This document shows, piece by piece, positions 15,711 to 29,839 of a DNA stretch of 64,000 nucleotides. Position numbers and translations under genes: made by a program. Source of the DNA: Octopus vulgaris. Its lineage: Eukaryota. The stretch is taken from assembly GCA_951406725.2 (NCBI GenBank), contig OX597818.1:82646001-82710000 (forward strand), read 5' to 3'. The notes under the pieces are model-generated. The model had not been told where the DNA came from. It worked only from the letters and a program-made list of their open reading frames with translations, and did no database searches. The number at the start of each line of letters is the position of its first letter. The stretch's first letter is position 1.

Positions 15711-16240
15711 TCCTCGACACTCTCGCCGCTGACACGTGATGAGAGGGAAGCCATCTTTCCGACTACTACCTTCACAAAAACTAAACGAGCTTATCCTGTC
15801 TCTTCATTAGCTCGTCTCCTTAAACGTTCAGTATAATTTTTCCATCGTCTTGACTTAACATCCCTCATCGTTTGTTTTTACCGTTTTTTTTTCTCATTGT
15901 TCTATCTTTTACTGTTTTTTACTTTTTTATTGTTTTTACTGTTTTGTTCTCACTGTCCTGTTCATGTTACCACTTTCACTCTCCGCAAAAAAATCCCAAT
16001 TTTATCAAATTTGCTTTGCGGGAAGGACTGTTTCAACGACTTCACCTCTTGTCCTTACCTTTGAAACGCGGAGTAGATGAAACAGGGACAACTGAAGAAG
16101 GGGAATATTCTCTATGTTGTATGTCTCGTTTCTCTGGGTTTTTTTCGTTGTTTGAAAAAAAGTTCGTTTCTTTGTTTTTGTTTTTATATTTTCGTTCCTC
16201 ATTGTGTTCAACGTTTTTTTTAATGTCCTGTACCCATATA
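15709..16240 (+). mobile_element. Non-coding pyrimidine-rich repeat in (TA)n carrying a permuted hammerhead-like motif (copy 1)
   Basis: Colinear with 38590-39330: atttgcttt..ggaagga, gaaacg..agtagatgaaac..actgaagaagggga, caacgt.ttttt..tgtcctgtac.catatatg. Confidence 0.7.
16039..16104 (+). ncRNA. Candidate non-circularly permuted hammerhead ribozyme (decayed)
   Basis: ACTTCACCTC|TTGTCCTT-A-CCTTT-GAAACGCGGAGT-AGATGAAAC-AGGGACAA-CTGAAGA-AGGGGA. 8-bp stem I; 9-position stem III with 2 mismatches. Confidence 0.55.
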
Positions 16241-16358
16241 TGAATGTATATATATAAATATATATGTAGGTATGAACATATATATATGTATGCATATATT
16301 TATATATTATTTATACTATTATATGATCGAACGCCACACATCCTTTTCCATGTAAGTT

Positions 16359-16456
<98 letters not shown>

Positions 16457-16517
16457 GTATACACACCCACACGTGCACACACATAACATATGTCTGTCTC
16501 TCTGTATGTCTGTCTGC

Positions 16518-16568
<51 letters not shown>

Positions 16569-18276
16569 ACTATCTACCTATCAATCTATATGCAAATAAG
16601 TCACTGTTTTCGTTGCCTTCGGGATTTACTTACGTCACTTTTTATCAAGATCATCCTGGAAAGGAAATGAAATGGAGGAAGAAGAAAGATGTAAAATTCT
16701 AAAGCCCTCATGCGTGAACATGGCAAGAAAAAGAAACACACATATTCCCTGTCACACGCACACACACACACACATATACATACGTATACACACACATACA
16801 CGCAACACATACATACGCACACAAACACACGCATTTGAATTTATATATATATATATTGAATTATATATATATATATATATATGTATTTATGTATGTCTAT
16901 ATGTATATATATATATATATATGCTTACTTTCTTGTGGTGTGTGCGTGCGTGTGTGTGCGTGTATGTGTGTGTTGGTGAGATCAGTTAAAACATACTAGA
17001 TTTAATCCTCAAAAGATAAAATTTTCCACAAAACTAGTTATTTCAGGGGGAAAAAATTACATTTGATAAATTCGTTTAAACACACCAAAAATGAAAACAG
17101 AAAAAACAAAAATAACTACATCCAATATGTCCCCGAAGATTTTTAGCCATCCATAACCAAATCCTCTTCAATAAATCCATACAGTTCGCATCTAAGCACA
17201 CAGGCATAATATCCTAAAAGCTCGAAAACTTAACGTATTCTAAACATTGCCTTATTTAAGAACAGCTAATACTAAAACATGGCGTAAAGTATTTCGGGTT
17301 TCGCTGAGAAGAAATACAGCTCAGAAATAAAAGGCAACATAAGCTTTTTTCTAGATGATCGTTGTGGATTTGCAGGACAACGGTGTGAAATGTGGTAGGT
17401 ATATAGTTGATATTCATAGGAAACAATTGTAAACAATTTCCTAAACGCCAAATTTTAATTTGAAATTAGATAATAACCTCACGTTTAGTAACTACAAGAA
17501 TATGAACTCTTCTCAGATGAAACAATTTTTCACAGACCGAGGGACAAGTATAACCCTGCACAAATTTGTGAAAGTTGCACGGTGCAATGTTTAGGGTGTT
17601 GCGCTCAATATTTGGGTGGTGTGTTGTGTTCTTGAGCAACGCTTTATTTCACGTTGCTCTAGTCCAGACACACGTAAATGGATAAAGCTATGACAAACTA
17701 GCGTCCCGTTCAGGAGGAATGTGATGATCTTGGACACTTACACTCGATGGAGATTGGGTAACCCGCTCTAAGAGTTATAGCAATATTGTTCAGGGGCTTG
17801 TTGTTGCTTTTGTTGTTGTTGTTGCAAATAATGATGATGAATATGATGATGAATAAGATGTTGATGATGGTGGTGGTGATGATGTTGATGATGATGATTA
17901 TGGTCAGTTTTAAATCGAAAAAGAGTGCATGAGCACTGTTTTTCTATAGAAATGGTGACACTATACATGGCAATAAAACCGGTACGCCTGGGTGTTTCAG
18001 TAGTCTACCAGAAAATTCATCTCAAAAACCCAAAGGAAATAGAATGGGAATGAGCAGATCACAAGCGTCCCATGTGCACTATACCAACTTTGAAACACTG
18101 TCGTAAAAATATAATACACAGTTCTCCATACATATCCAGCAAGAAGAAAGTAAAGATACGGCTGAGAGTTCCAACATTACTTGATCTCTATTGATCAGAA
18201 CCTACTAAGTTGATAACAGTGCTTTTTTTTTACTGCAAACTTCACTGCGTAGTGATTTGTACTATAGAAGCCTGTC

Positions 18277-18367
<91 letters not shown>

Positions 18368-18387
18368 TGTGTGTGTATGTAACAATA

Positions 18388-18475
<88 letters not shown>

Positions 18476-18827
18476 CTAAGTGTGTGTTTGTATGTGTTCC
18501 CTCATCACCACTTGACAACTGGTGTTGGTCTGTTTACGTCACCGCAACATAGAGGTTCGACAAAAAAGAAACAGATAGAATAAGTACTAGGATAAAAATA
18601 AGTGCTTGGATCGACTTATTCGACTAAAATACTTCATGTCGGTACTCCAGCATGGCCGCAGTCAAATGAGTGAAACAAATAAAAGAAAAAGAGTAAAAGA
18701 ATATCATAAAACACCGTAAATATATTGAAGTCAGATGACATCAAATGTTGTAAAGTCTTGTCCTAAACCTGATAAGTCTACTTGATCATTGGTATGGTCA
18801 CCATTTTATTAGTTTTAATATAGTAAA

Positions 18828-19237
18828 CTAGCAGTATCGCCCGCCGTTGCTCAGGTTTGTAAGGGAAATAACTTTATAAGCATTTTTGAAGATGTAAAGT
18901 ATAGTAGCCATCTCAATATGGCTAACCACAAAGGGGGGGTGTTACTGTAGCTTTTTACGTTCTGAGATTTAATAATACATAGTTTGAGAGTTACTTCCCT
19001 TATATAATAGCAAAAAAAAATGCATTAAAAATGGGAAAAAATGATGGTAATTTTTTTAAAATCGTAGACTCATCGTAGACTCATCGTAGACGCGCGCTAA
19101 TACCCAGAAGGGCTCGATATGAATCACGACTATAAGATACCCGCTTTTGGTTACACTGCACCGCAAAATGTGAGAGTAGTTAGGAATCTAAATCGTAGGA
19201 GACAGACACCACACAACCTCACTTTTATATATATAGA
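18828..19237 (-). mobile_element. Non-autonomous Helitron
   Basis: Minus strand A|TCTATATATATAAAAGTGAG ... CCTGAGCAACGGCGGG-CGATACTG-CTAG|T. Confidence 0.85.
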
Positions 19238-21140
19238 TTACTAAATTGAGTAGATCAAATGACAGTCTAATAACTCCCCCCATACGACGTAAATCTCTCG
19301 TTTTAAAGGCAGTATAGACCAGCTGGTATAAGACCACAATCTAGTCATCGAGTGCTTTTAGCGAAGTTCAGTGTGATGAAAATAATCATACACAGTTAAG
19401 GGTCTTGTGTGAATACGTTCTGTAGTACACTTTCAATCAATCATCGCTATTACCTTTTTGAAGGGAAGCATACACCATGAACTCCACCTCACCACCTTCT
19501 TTCATCATTTTATTGAAGCTAGAAATAATTTTAACATGGGTGCTTGAAAATATGTCTATATTGAACACGCTGACGGGCTTCTTAAAGCCTCGATTTGAAA
19601 GAAGATATGTGATAACATGTGATAATATTGATATTGCTATCAATATCTCTGAATCATACTAAATGTTTAGACATCGCTGTAAGAAGGTATTGCGATTTTA
19701 AATTAATGTTGTTTCGTTAGCGTCCATCGAATTTTTTTACAGCCCGGCAGGCTTTGCGCAATATCAGAGTATCATTATCTACTGTTTCCTATATATCAAA
19801 GTACAAATGTGTTAGCACGTAACAACTGAGTGAATTACATTGTGAGTGTCATGTAGGATAAAGTGAGTCGCTCGTTTACATGAACAGCTGCTGCGCGGAA
19901 GGCACAACTTTTACAACATAGTTTTGATCATGGTTTTAATCTGACGCCATAACTTTGCCTGATCAGTGGCGACCGAAGGCTGAATTGCTAAACAACAATT
20001 TGGGTCCTAGGTACCAAGTTTAGCACAAGCCTATAATCCCATAAGCCTGGAATTAATCGGTTCCTTTGCTGTGTATAAGCATGGGAAATCCTGGGTGAAC
20101 GGAAGGCCACTCCGACACAAGATTAGCCTCCTTCTGGTACAGGTGCTCATTTTCATCGGAGTGGACCAGAGTAACATGAAATGAAATGCCCTGTTGAGGA
20201 ACACAAATTACTGCTCGGTCTGTGAATAGAAACCACGGCCTTACTATCGTTATTCCAACGCTCCAACAAATAGACTGGGCTCGATAAATTTCCTGTTAAG
20301 AACTGATCTCAAACTCTGTCGCTATCTGTTAATTTGTGTTTCTCTGTCTCTGTCAGTCTATCTGTCTGCGTCTGAATCTGTCTATTAGTCTGTTTTTCTC
20401 CCCCATATCCCCTCCTATATTCTCTTTCTCTCTCCTCAGCTCTTTTTGAACGGACCACGTTGCCCTCTCAGAAGTGTCGTTGAGAAACTCTCCAATCTTC
20501 CCTCTTCTCCACTGTTAAAACCCATCGCAGAAAAAAAAACTTGTATGCAACTAACACCGTCCGAAGTACGAACCGATTTGCAGTACAACACGAAACAGAA
20601 ATAAAATAGGAAAGAAAGAATTAATTGTAGGCATATACTTAACCTTTATACATTAATCAATCAATTCCTAAAGTTTAATTTTCAGTCTACGGTAAATTAC
20701 AACCAATAAATAATGGTTTTAATGTCTGTAACGAAGAGACCGGAGTGTCTGAAATATTAAAATTTGTCGAATAAATACTTGCTCGTATTTAGTTTCGTTT
20801 TTCTGCGTTCTAAATTTAAAACTCACTGGAGACTGATGTGCGTTCATCCTTCGATCAATCGATAAATTAGATACCGCTCATGTATTGGTTTCTATTCAAA
20901 AGACTTATCGCCGTTCATTTACCAATCGGTGATCTTCTGCCAATGTGAGAAATCGATATTTCTTCAAACCTTCTTCTCTTACCACATCTCTATGTCTGCT
21001 ACCGCCAAAAGAGGTAAACAATGTCTTAATTGGCTAACCTATATACTGTTCTTAATTAACGGTTTCTCGGGGAAAATTTTGTTTGAAGTATTGCTTCAAT
21101 AAATACATATACACACATACAACACCCACCCACATACACA

Positions 21141-21172
<32 letters not shown>

Positions 21173-21395
21173 GTGGCAGCAGCAGCTTCATCATTATCGT
21201 TATCAACATCCATTTAAACACACAGACTCAAACACACCCATACATATTTGTATATAGACGTAGAGGTTTTATTAAACATATAAACATATTTATGTGTAAC
21301 CAAATATGTATAGGCGTATTTCTGAATATATTTTGTTCATACACATTTGTCTACACACGTATATCTACATAGCTTACTTAAATCCATGCTTATAC

Positions 21396-21506
<111 letters not shown>

Positions 21507-21560
21507 TATATATATTATACACATATATACATATATATATATATACATATATATACATAC

Positions 21561-21611
<51 letters not shown>

Positions 21612-22189
21612 CATACATACATACAAAGATACATAAATACATAATTATAAGTAAAATTATAAGTATAGGTATATACATGTGCATATATATATACATACAT
21701 ATAAATATATGCATGCGCGCGTGTGTGTTTGTATGTGCCTGTGTATGTATCATATATATGAGCATCAGTATTTACAATGTCTAAATTTTCAGCGTTTAAC
21801 ATCAATCTTTTCAACAAGGACAGATGTCACAGATACTGTCTAGTTGTAAGACTTTTTCAAAAGACCAGCAGCTTCAGTTGTTATTATTAGTTTTGTCTTT
21901 CTGTTCTTTCGCTTTAAATCAGTCATCTTTATCAGACCTATGATCGAGAATGTTATTCCGTTAACCATCTCGAGATATTTATTTATCGTTTTATGACATA
22001 ATATAGTCAGTGCCATAGCGTACGGGAAAACATGGCTGCGTAGTCGAAAAACCGCTACTTTATAACCTTGTTGTCGAGGTTGCAACAGAGTTCGGAAGCA
22101 ACTTAGGCGAATGTCTTCAATGATGTATCGCGGAGTGACCAATGATATAACAATGGTAGGCTGAAAGAAATGTCGGGAAGCTACATCTG

Positions 22190-22276
<87 letters not shown>

Positions 22277-22704
22277 ATTCAACTTAATGTGTGTTTATCA
22301 GTCTTCGCATGTATGTATGTATGTATGTATATATGTACGTAGTACGTACTTCGTATGTATTTATGCATGTATGTAAGTATGTATGCATCTATCTATCTAT
22401 TTATCTATCTTTCTTTTTGTCTATCTGTTTATGTGTCTGTCAGTCTATGTATGAATGTATGTATGTATGTATGTATGTATGTATGTATGTATGTATGTGC
22501 ATGTACGTATAATGTATGTACTACGTATGTATGTATGTAACTATCTATCTATCTCTGCGTGTGTCTATCTATCTATCTATTTATTTATCTGTCAATCCAT
22601 CTATCTTTCTGTCTGTTTGTGTGTCTGTTAGTCTGTGTATGTATGTATGTATGTATGTATTATGTATATATGTATGCATGTATGCATTTATGTATGTATG
22701 TATG

Positions 22705-22738
<34 letters not shown>

Positions 22739-23407
22739 TGCATGCATGTATGTATGTATGTATGTATGTATGCATGTATGCATGTATGTATGTATGTATG
22801 TATGTATGTATGTATGTATCTATCTATCTATCTTTGGAAACCCATCATCTATATGCATATATATGCATCTGTATGTCTTTGTATTGTTTTCTGTGCTCAA
22901 TCACCGCTTGACAACGTTTATAAATTAGTTTCAGTCCCCTTAACTTGGCTGTTCGGTAAAAAAGAAATGTCAATGGGATCTAATAATTACCAGCTTTAAA
23001 AAATAAATAAATTTCTTCGACGAAACTCGCCAAGGCAATGTACCAGGATGGCCGCAGTCAAATAACTAAAACAAGTAAAAAAGGTAAATCATAACGATTT
23101 CTAATCTTATACCTATTTGGCCAACACCACACCGAATAGATGCCTCAACATTTCTGCGTGTATCTCTGAATTCATATTTCCACAATTAGAGATTCAAACG
23201 TCATATTGTTACACTTGGAGACGGTCATATTTTACCAAAGTTTTTTTCTTCAGCTTTATGATTTTATTTTAGATTTCCTTTTAAAGCGCTTTTGTCCCAC
23301 ATCCTGCCACCTCTTCAGCAACTCTTTATCTTACAAAAATGGAATGAACAGAACAAAAGGATTCACATGGGATAGAGAGTCGTTGAAAAAATTTGACAAA
23401 GAAACTA

Positions 23408-23479
<72 letters not shown>

Positions 23480-23488
23480 GAAGAAGAA

Positions 23489-23519
<31 letters not shown>

Positions 23520-23575
23520 AATAACAGCAGCAACAACAAAAACAACAACAACAACAATAATAATAATAATAATCT

Positions 23576-24040
23576 GTCCCAGTCGATATAAATGTGTCTG
23601 TCAAGACGTACCAAAAAACTGAGCAAGTATAAAGTTCTTAAAATAGAAATTGGCAAAATGTGTAACCTGAAGACTAAAACAATACCTGTTGTCATAGGTG
23701 CCCTAGGAATGATAGCAAAAGGGGCTGATTGCTACCTAGTTCAGATACTAGGAAACTCCAAAATGGCAGAAATTCAAAAGATAGTGGTCATGGGGACTGC
23801 TCATACCCTACGTAATATACTGTCTATGTAATCTCAAATTTTAAAACAAACTCATAATTTTCTGATTTCTTAAACATTCTCTAGAACAATACTATGTACA
23901 AAACCAAATATATGACACCCTAAGCATAACACCAACATAGACTTCTAATTTATTATCTCTTGAGATCTCTGGATGAGACTTAGAGACAAATCGTACAAAT
24001 ACAAAGCAAAAGTTAAACATGTAATGATGATGATGATAGT
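23576..24040 (+). mobile_element. R4/Dong-like non-LTR retrotransposon 3' end (REL endonuclease C-terminus + 3' UTR)
   Basis: VPVDINV..KLSKYKVLKIEI...IPVVIGALG...IQKIVVMGTAHTLR. 5' junction in (AAT)n, 3' tail taatgatgatgat. Confidence 0.85.
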
Positions 24041-24272
24041 GCGTGTATTTAATTGGCAAAATATGACCGTCCCCAAGTATATCAATATCTGTTCCAGCAC
24101 ACGATTTTACATATAGAATCTTGCAAAACAAATACAGAAAACGTAGAATCCAATCTTTTAACATTTGAAATTATATAACAAAATCATTTTATACTACAAG
24201 AACTTCAAACATTTTCCGAAGCATTATCTAATAATTAAAATCACCCAAATGGTAACGCTGAAAACAGCAATG

Positions 24273-24342
<70 letters not shown>

Positions 24343-24382
24343 ATTTCCACTCGTGCGGTACCCTACAACTCCACTTTCGTGC

Positions 24383-24426
<44 letters not shown>

Positions 24427-24837
24427 TTGCCAGACATCATTACTAATGCAGTTCAAAAGTAGAAGCTTGAAAGTATTTCTATATATCGGACCTATAAAAA
24501 CCACCCATGTCTATAATAAATTTATTTCAGCGGAACTTTCATACGTTACAGACACGCCCACCATACTGTATATTTGACCTAAATTTCCTGAAAAACGATG
24601 CATATATGTTTCTACTGACTTATGTTTGTATATGTGTGTGTGTGTGTATGTGTGTATGTGCCTGTGTGTATCGATCGATCTCATGTATGTGTGTTTAAGT
24701 ATATAGACATGTGAGTGTATGTGTATCATTGTGCACATATGCATTTACATATACATAAATATATTTATGTATAAAGTATTATATACACGTATCTATGGCT
24801 TTTATTATATATATATGTGTGTATGTGTGTGTGTATT

Positions 24838-24891
<54 letters not shown>

Positions 24892-26157
24892 TATAGATGT
24901 ACGTAGATGTCTAGTTAGATTCATCGGTGTGTGGTTGTGTGCGTGTGCGTGTTTGTATGTGTATGTATGTGTAAGTATCTATCTGTTCGTGTAAAGAAAT
25001 ACAGTAAAACTCAGAAATATGTTTGCTAGATCATAACGTTGGTGAGGTCTGTAAAAAGAAAATATCGGATAAGTGAAAGAGAAGTTGTGAAGCTCACAAA
25101 AAACAAAAAGAAAAAGAAACGACAAAAAAAAAGCGTAACAAAAAGTGTTGTCCATTGATATGAAAGAATCAGCTGACCTTTACCATATATGGTCATAAAC
25201 ATCGACAGGCCCAACTGATCAATTGACTGATAGCTTCACAAAAGAGATACCTTGACATGAAGTCTTGCAGCTTTTTTGATGACCCGGACATAAAGTTAGA
25301 AACGTTATTGTCTTTTTTGTGTTGTTTTTTATTGCTCACCCTTGTTTTTATTGCTGTTTTTGTTTGCTACGTTGCTGTGATGGTTATGGCGGCAGTAGTG
25401 GGTGTGGTGATAATGGTGGTGGTGGTGGTGGTGCTAATATTGTACTTGTGTGTATGTGAGAGATAGATAGATAGAAGAAGAATGCGGGGAGAGACAGCAT
25501 GGAGGTGTGGGTGATCTCTGTTATATGGCTTTATTGCCAGATATCAATAATAGAAAAAACACAAAAGCGAAACGTTGCTGTTGCTATTATTAGGCTGAGA
25601 TGTGAATAGCGATGGAATGGCAGATTTTGGTAATGCACCGGACAAAATAATGCTTCTTTGTTCTGTAGAGTTTATGGCCTTTACGATCTGAGTTCACTTC
25701 CAATCGAGGTCGTGTTTGCTTCTCAACTTCCGGGGATGGTAAAATACAGTACTCAACATGTAATTTGGCCGTTGTAATCGATTTTGCCCTTCCCGCAAAT
25801 CTGAAACCTCGTGACTTAATTATCATTAAAAAATCATTATTGTGCTATAAAAACGATTAGCACCGATAAAATAAAGTCCCTTTGTGAATTATATATTAAT
25901 GACCATTACGATATAGGTTCAAATTCCTTTATTATCGATTTTGTCATTCATCGTTCGGGAGTCGATAAAATAATGCCATTTTGTGTTATAGATTTATGTA
26001 TTTTGCGATCTAAGTTTACATTCAGTCGAGGTCGGATTTGCTTCTCATCTTCCGGGGATCATAAAATAAAGACATGGAATATGGCCATAGAATTAGGTTT
26101 TGCCCTTCTTGCAAATGTGAAGGCTCGTGATTTAATTATTAAAAATTCATTATTTTG

Positions 26158-26296
26158 TAGGCACAGGCGTAGCTGAGCGGTAAAAAGTTTGCTTCCTAAC
26201 CAAATGGTTCACGGTTCATTCCTGCTGTGTGGCACCTTTGGGCCAACGAAAGCGTTGTGAGTGGATTTAGTGGACGGAAACTGAGAAGCACGATGT

Positions 26297-26297
<1 letters not shown>
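26158..26297 (+). mobile_element. SINE family A 5' half (3' half at ~30188-30370)
   Basis: The head ends at the internal microsatellite. The 3' half (cacttgacaaccggt...aagtactggggtcga) resumes after the PLE. Confidence 0.75.
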
Positions 26298-26382
<85 letters not shown>

Positions 26383-26389
26383 TGGGAGA

Positions 26390-26577
26390 ATTCATATAAA
26401 AAAACAAAAGACGAAGACAGGTGGTGTAGACAACAAATAGATGTATTAGTATAATGCTCGGAAAGTGAAAAAGTCTTTAACGTTTCGAGCCTACGCTCTT
26501 CCACAGAAAGGAACACAAAAAGAAACAAGGAAAGAAAATAAAGAATGTGGAGTGGCTAGAGATCTATCATGGCGAAT
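26390..26577 (-). repeat. Inverted, diverged copy of the Neptune PLE terminus
   Basis: Reverse complement CTTTCTGTGGAAGAGCGTAGGCTCGAAACGTTAAAGACTT matches 29890-29929 apart from one base. The ttcgtctttt end motif is shared. Confidence 0.8.
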
Positions 26578-26723
26578 ATATCTATATATATATATATATA
26601 TATATATACATGTGTGTGTGTGTGTATGCATACCAAACTTCGTAAACTCCAATCACTCCTCCATTCCACCCTACCCGACGCCACTACCCCAACTCCTCCA
26701 CTACCCTTCTCCCCTCCCGATAG

Positions 26724-29103
26724 GCTCCATCCCCCACACCTAACCCCACTGCCCCTCCCTACAACCCCTTCTCCCCTCCTGATAGGCTCCATCCACCTAC
26801 ACCTAACCCTACTGCCCCCCAACCACCCCCACACACCTCCCCAATCCCTCCCCCTCAGACCTCCACGAGACCTACCACCCCTCCTACTTCTATTCCACCC
26901 ACCCCTTCTCCACTTCCGTATGTTGTTACCATTCCCCCCGATCTTCCCCTTTCTGCGGCTGAACGCTCCGTCCTTAGTAGGGGTCTGCGTTTCATCCCCC
27001 TCACTCCATCCTGTAAGGAATTCCAGACGCGAGTTGATGTCCACAGCTTTGTGCGCCGCGTCCGGTTGGGTGCGCATTACCACGACTCACCACCCACACC
27101 CAACGAAGAGGACTGCTTCACTGGCCTGGGCCGCCGACCATCCCCGTGGACGCCTGCCCCTGACCAGTTCCTAGCAGTGGATCTTTTCGCGGGCGCTTGT
27201 CAGCGTGCATTGGAGCGGTTCAACTTCTCCAGGCGCCAACGCCGCCTCAACATCTCCCCGGCTGAGCTCTTGGCTCTTCGTTCCCTCCAACGGCGCGCTG
27301 ACATTATCATCAAACCGGCTGACAAGGGTGGAGCTGTAGTGGTGTGGCGCGCGGACCTCTATAGGGCCGAGGCTTTCCGCCAACTCAATGACACCTCCTT
27401 CTACTCCCCTCTGCCCTCTAACCCCACACATAGCTACAAACAGACGGTATCCTCTACTGTCCGCGACCTCATCTCGTCCTCCCGTCTCCCCCACACCGCA
27501 TCCAACCTAATTGTGCGAACCCCACGTACCCCCACCATTTACTTCCTCCCCAAAATCCACAAACCCAACAACCCTGGCCGCCCCATCGTCTCCACCTGTA
27601 ACTGCCCCACGGAGCTCATCTCTAAATACCTCGACCGTGTCCTTGCCCCCCTAGTGGCATCTCTTCCCTCCCACATCCACGATACCAACCATGCTCTCCG
27701 GCTTTTCAACTCGTTCTCCTTTCCTCCCGGCTCCTCCAAAATCCTTTTTACTATGGACATCCAAAGCCTCTATACTGTTATCCCTCACCACGAAGGACTG
27801 CAGGCCCTTCGACACTTTCTTGACCTCCGCTCCAACCCTGAACCTGACACCTCCACACTCATTCGTCTGGCCGAACTTGTCCTTACTCTGAACTGCTTCT
27901 CGTTCGCGGGCGAGTTCTACCATCAGGTCTCGGGAGTGGCCATGGGAACGCGAATGGGCCCCAACTATGCGAACCTGTTCGTTGACTATGTTGAGGCCCA
28001 AATATTCTCTAATTTCACTGGTCCCACTCCTGAACTATATGGTCGTTACATTGACGACATTATCGGTGCCACCTCACTCTCCCGCGAACATCTAGATTCC
28101 TTCCTCTCTTTCGTCCAATCTTTCCATCCAGCCCTCCACTTCACTTCCACTATCTCCAACACCTCTGTCTCCTTCCTCGACATTTCGGTTAGCATTCTTC
28201 ACTCCACTCTTACCACCTCCATTCACTACAAACACACAGACTCACACTCATACCTCAACTTCTCTTCCTCCCACCCAGAACACACCAAGCTTTCCATCCC
28301 CTATTCCCAATTCCTCCGTCTACGTAGGCTCTGTAGTGACGACCATGACTTTGAGACTCAGTCTCAACGTATGGCTCACCACTTCAGCCTCCGTGGATAC
28401 CCCCTCACCACTATCCACACCGCCCTTGCCAGAGCACGGTCCGTGGACCGTGTATCTGCTCTTTCTCCCCGAACCCGCCCTGTAGTCTCCCGCCTCCCTT
28501 TTCCCCCTCACTTACCACCCCACGACCCTACCTCTCCAACGCACCATTCTTCGAGCTTTCCGTCATCTCCAGTCCGACCCGTCCACTTCACACCTCTTCC
28601 CTAACCGACCCCTCCCCTCTTTCAAACGAGCCCACAACCTTCGAGACCTTTTGGTCCATAGCTCCTTCCCTGACCCTACCTCCCAACCCGGCTCGTTCCC
28701 CTGCTCTCGCCCACGTTGCCGCACTTGCCCTTACCTCTCCAACACCGCCCTCCTCACTAGCACCCATCATCGACCCTATCCCATCATCCACTCCTTCACC
28801 TGCACCTCCAGCAATATTATCTATTGCGTCTCTTGCTCTCTCTGCCATTCCTTGTACATCGGACAAACGGGACGCCGCTTGGCTGACCGGTTCGCGGAAC
28901 ACCTCCGTGACATCCACCTTGCGAACGACACACCGGTCTCACGCCATTTCCGCTCCACCGGTCACTCCTTGCAACACCTATCTATGTTCGGTTTGTCCTT
29001 ACACAGAGGCCATCCGGATTCCCGTTTGCGCCGTGAACAGGATTTAATCTTCTCTCTTCGCTCTTATACGCCATTTGGTCTCAACTCATCCCTCCTCATC
29101 TAA
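26724..29103 (+). pseudogene. PLE reverse transcriptase + GIY-YIG endonuclease ORF with one +1 frameshift near 28503
   Basis: The 27051 frame is open upstream to 26724 (LSAAERSVLSRGLRFIP). Motifs: IIIKPADKGGAVV, YFLPKIHK..PGRPIVS, TMDIQSLYT, GVAMGTRMGPNYANLF, YIDD (28047-28058). After the frameshift: LTYHP...NLRDLLV, CSRPRCRTC linker, NIIYCVSCSLC..LYIGQTGRRLADRFAEH, GLN, stop at 29103. Confidence 0.93.
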
Positions 29104-29353
29104 CCCCCTCTCACCCCTCCTCACCTACCCCTACTTCTTCAGTCCTTCATCCTTTCACCCCTACTCCCCTTCCCTTCTTCCCTCTTTCTCCCTCCCTCCT
29201 TCCCTCTGCTCCCTCACTCCCCTTCTCTCTCCCCCTCTCTCTCCCCCTCTCTCTCCCCCTCTCCCTCTTTCCTCCTTCCTCCTCCCCTCCTGTTCCCCTT
29301 CCTTCTCCCCCTCCTCTATCCCCCTCCTCTCTCCCCCTCCTCTCTCTCCCTCC

Positions 29354-29728
29354 TCTCATACATACACACACACACACACCCTTATACATACTAATACATA
29401 CTAATACATACACCAACCCTATACATACACACGTCCAGACCTCTCATACGCACTAATACTCTCTCATACACACACACACACACCCTTATACATACTAATA
29501 CATACTAATACATACTAATACATACACCAACCCTATACATACACACGTCCAGACCTCTCATACGCACTAATACTCTCTCATACACACACACACACACACC
29601 CTTATACATACTAATACATACTAATACATACTAATACATACACCAACCCTATACATACACACGTCCAGACCTCTCATACGCACTAATACTCTCTCATACA
29701 CACACACACACACACACACACACCCTTA
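29354..29728 (+). repeat. ~115-bp tandem repeat (3+ units) in the PLE 3' UTR
   Basis: ACGTCCAGACCTCTCATACGCACTAATACT recurs at 29431, 29545 and 29661. Confidence 0.9.
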
Positions 29729-29839
29729 TGTTGGAGCAGGTCATTCAACCCTATTATCTCCCCTAATTTCGCTCTCGTGTCTCATGTTTGATCTTTGACT
29801 TCTGGCCGACATCAGATCGCCATGTTGATTCGTTAGTTA

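Noticed and set aside
19454-19658. Possible minus-strand exon (AG...GT, open frame)
   Set aside because: Weak acceptor, no recognisable protein, compatible with chance.
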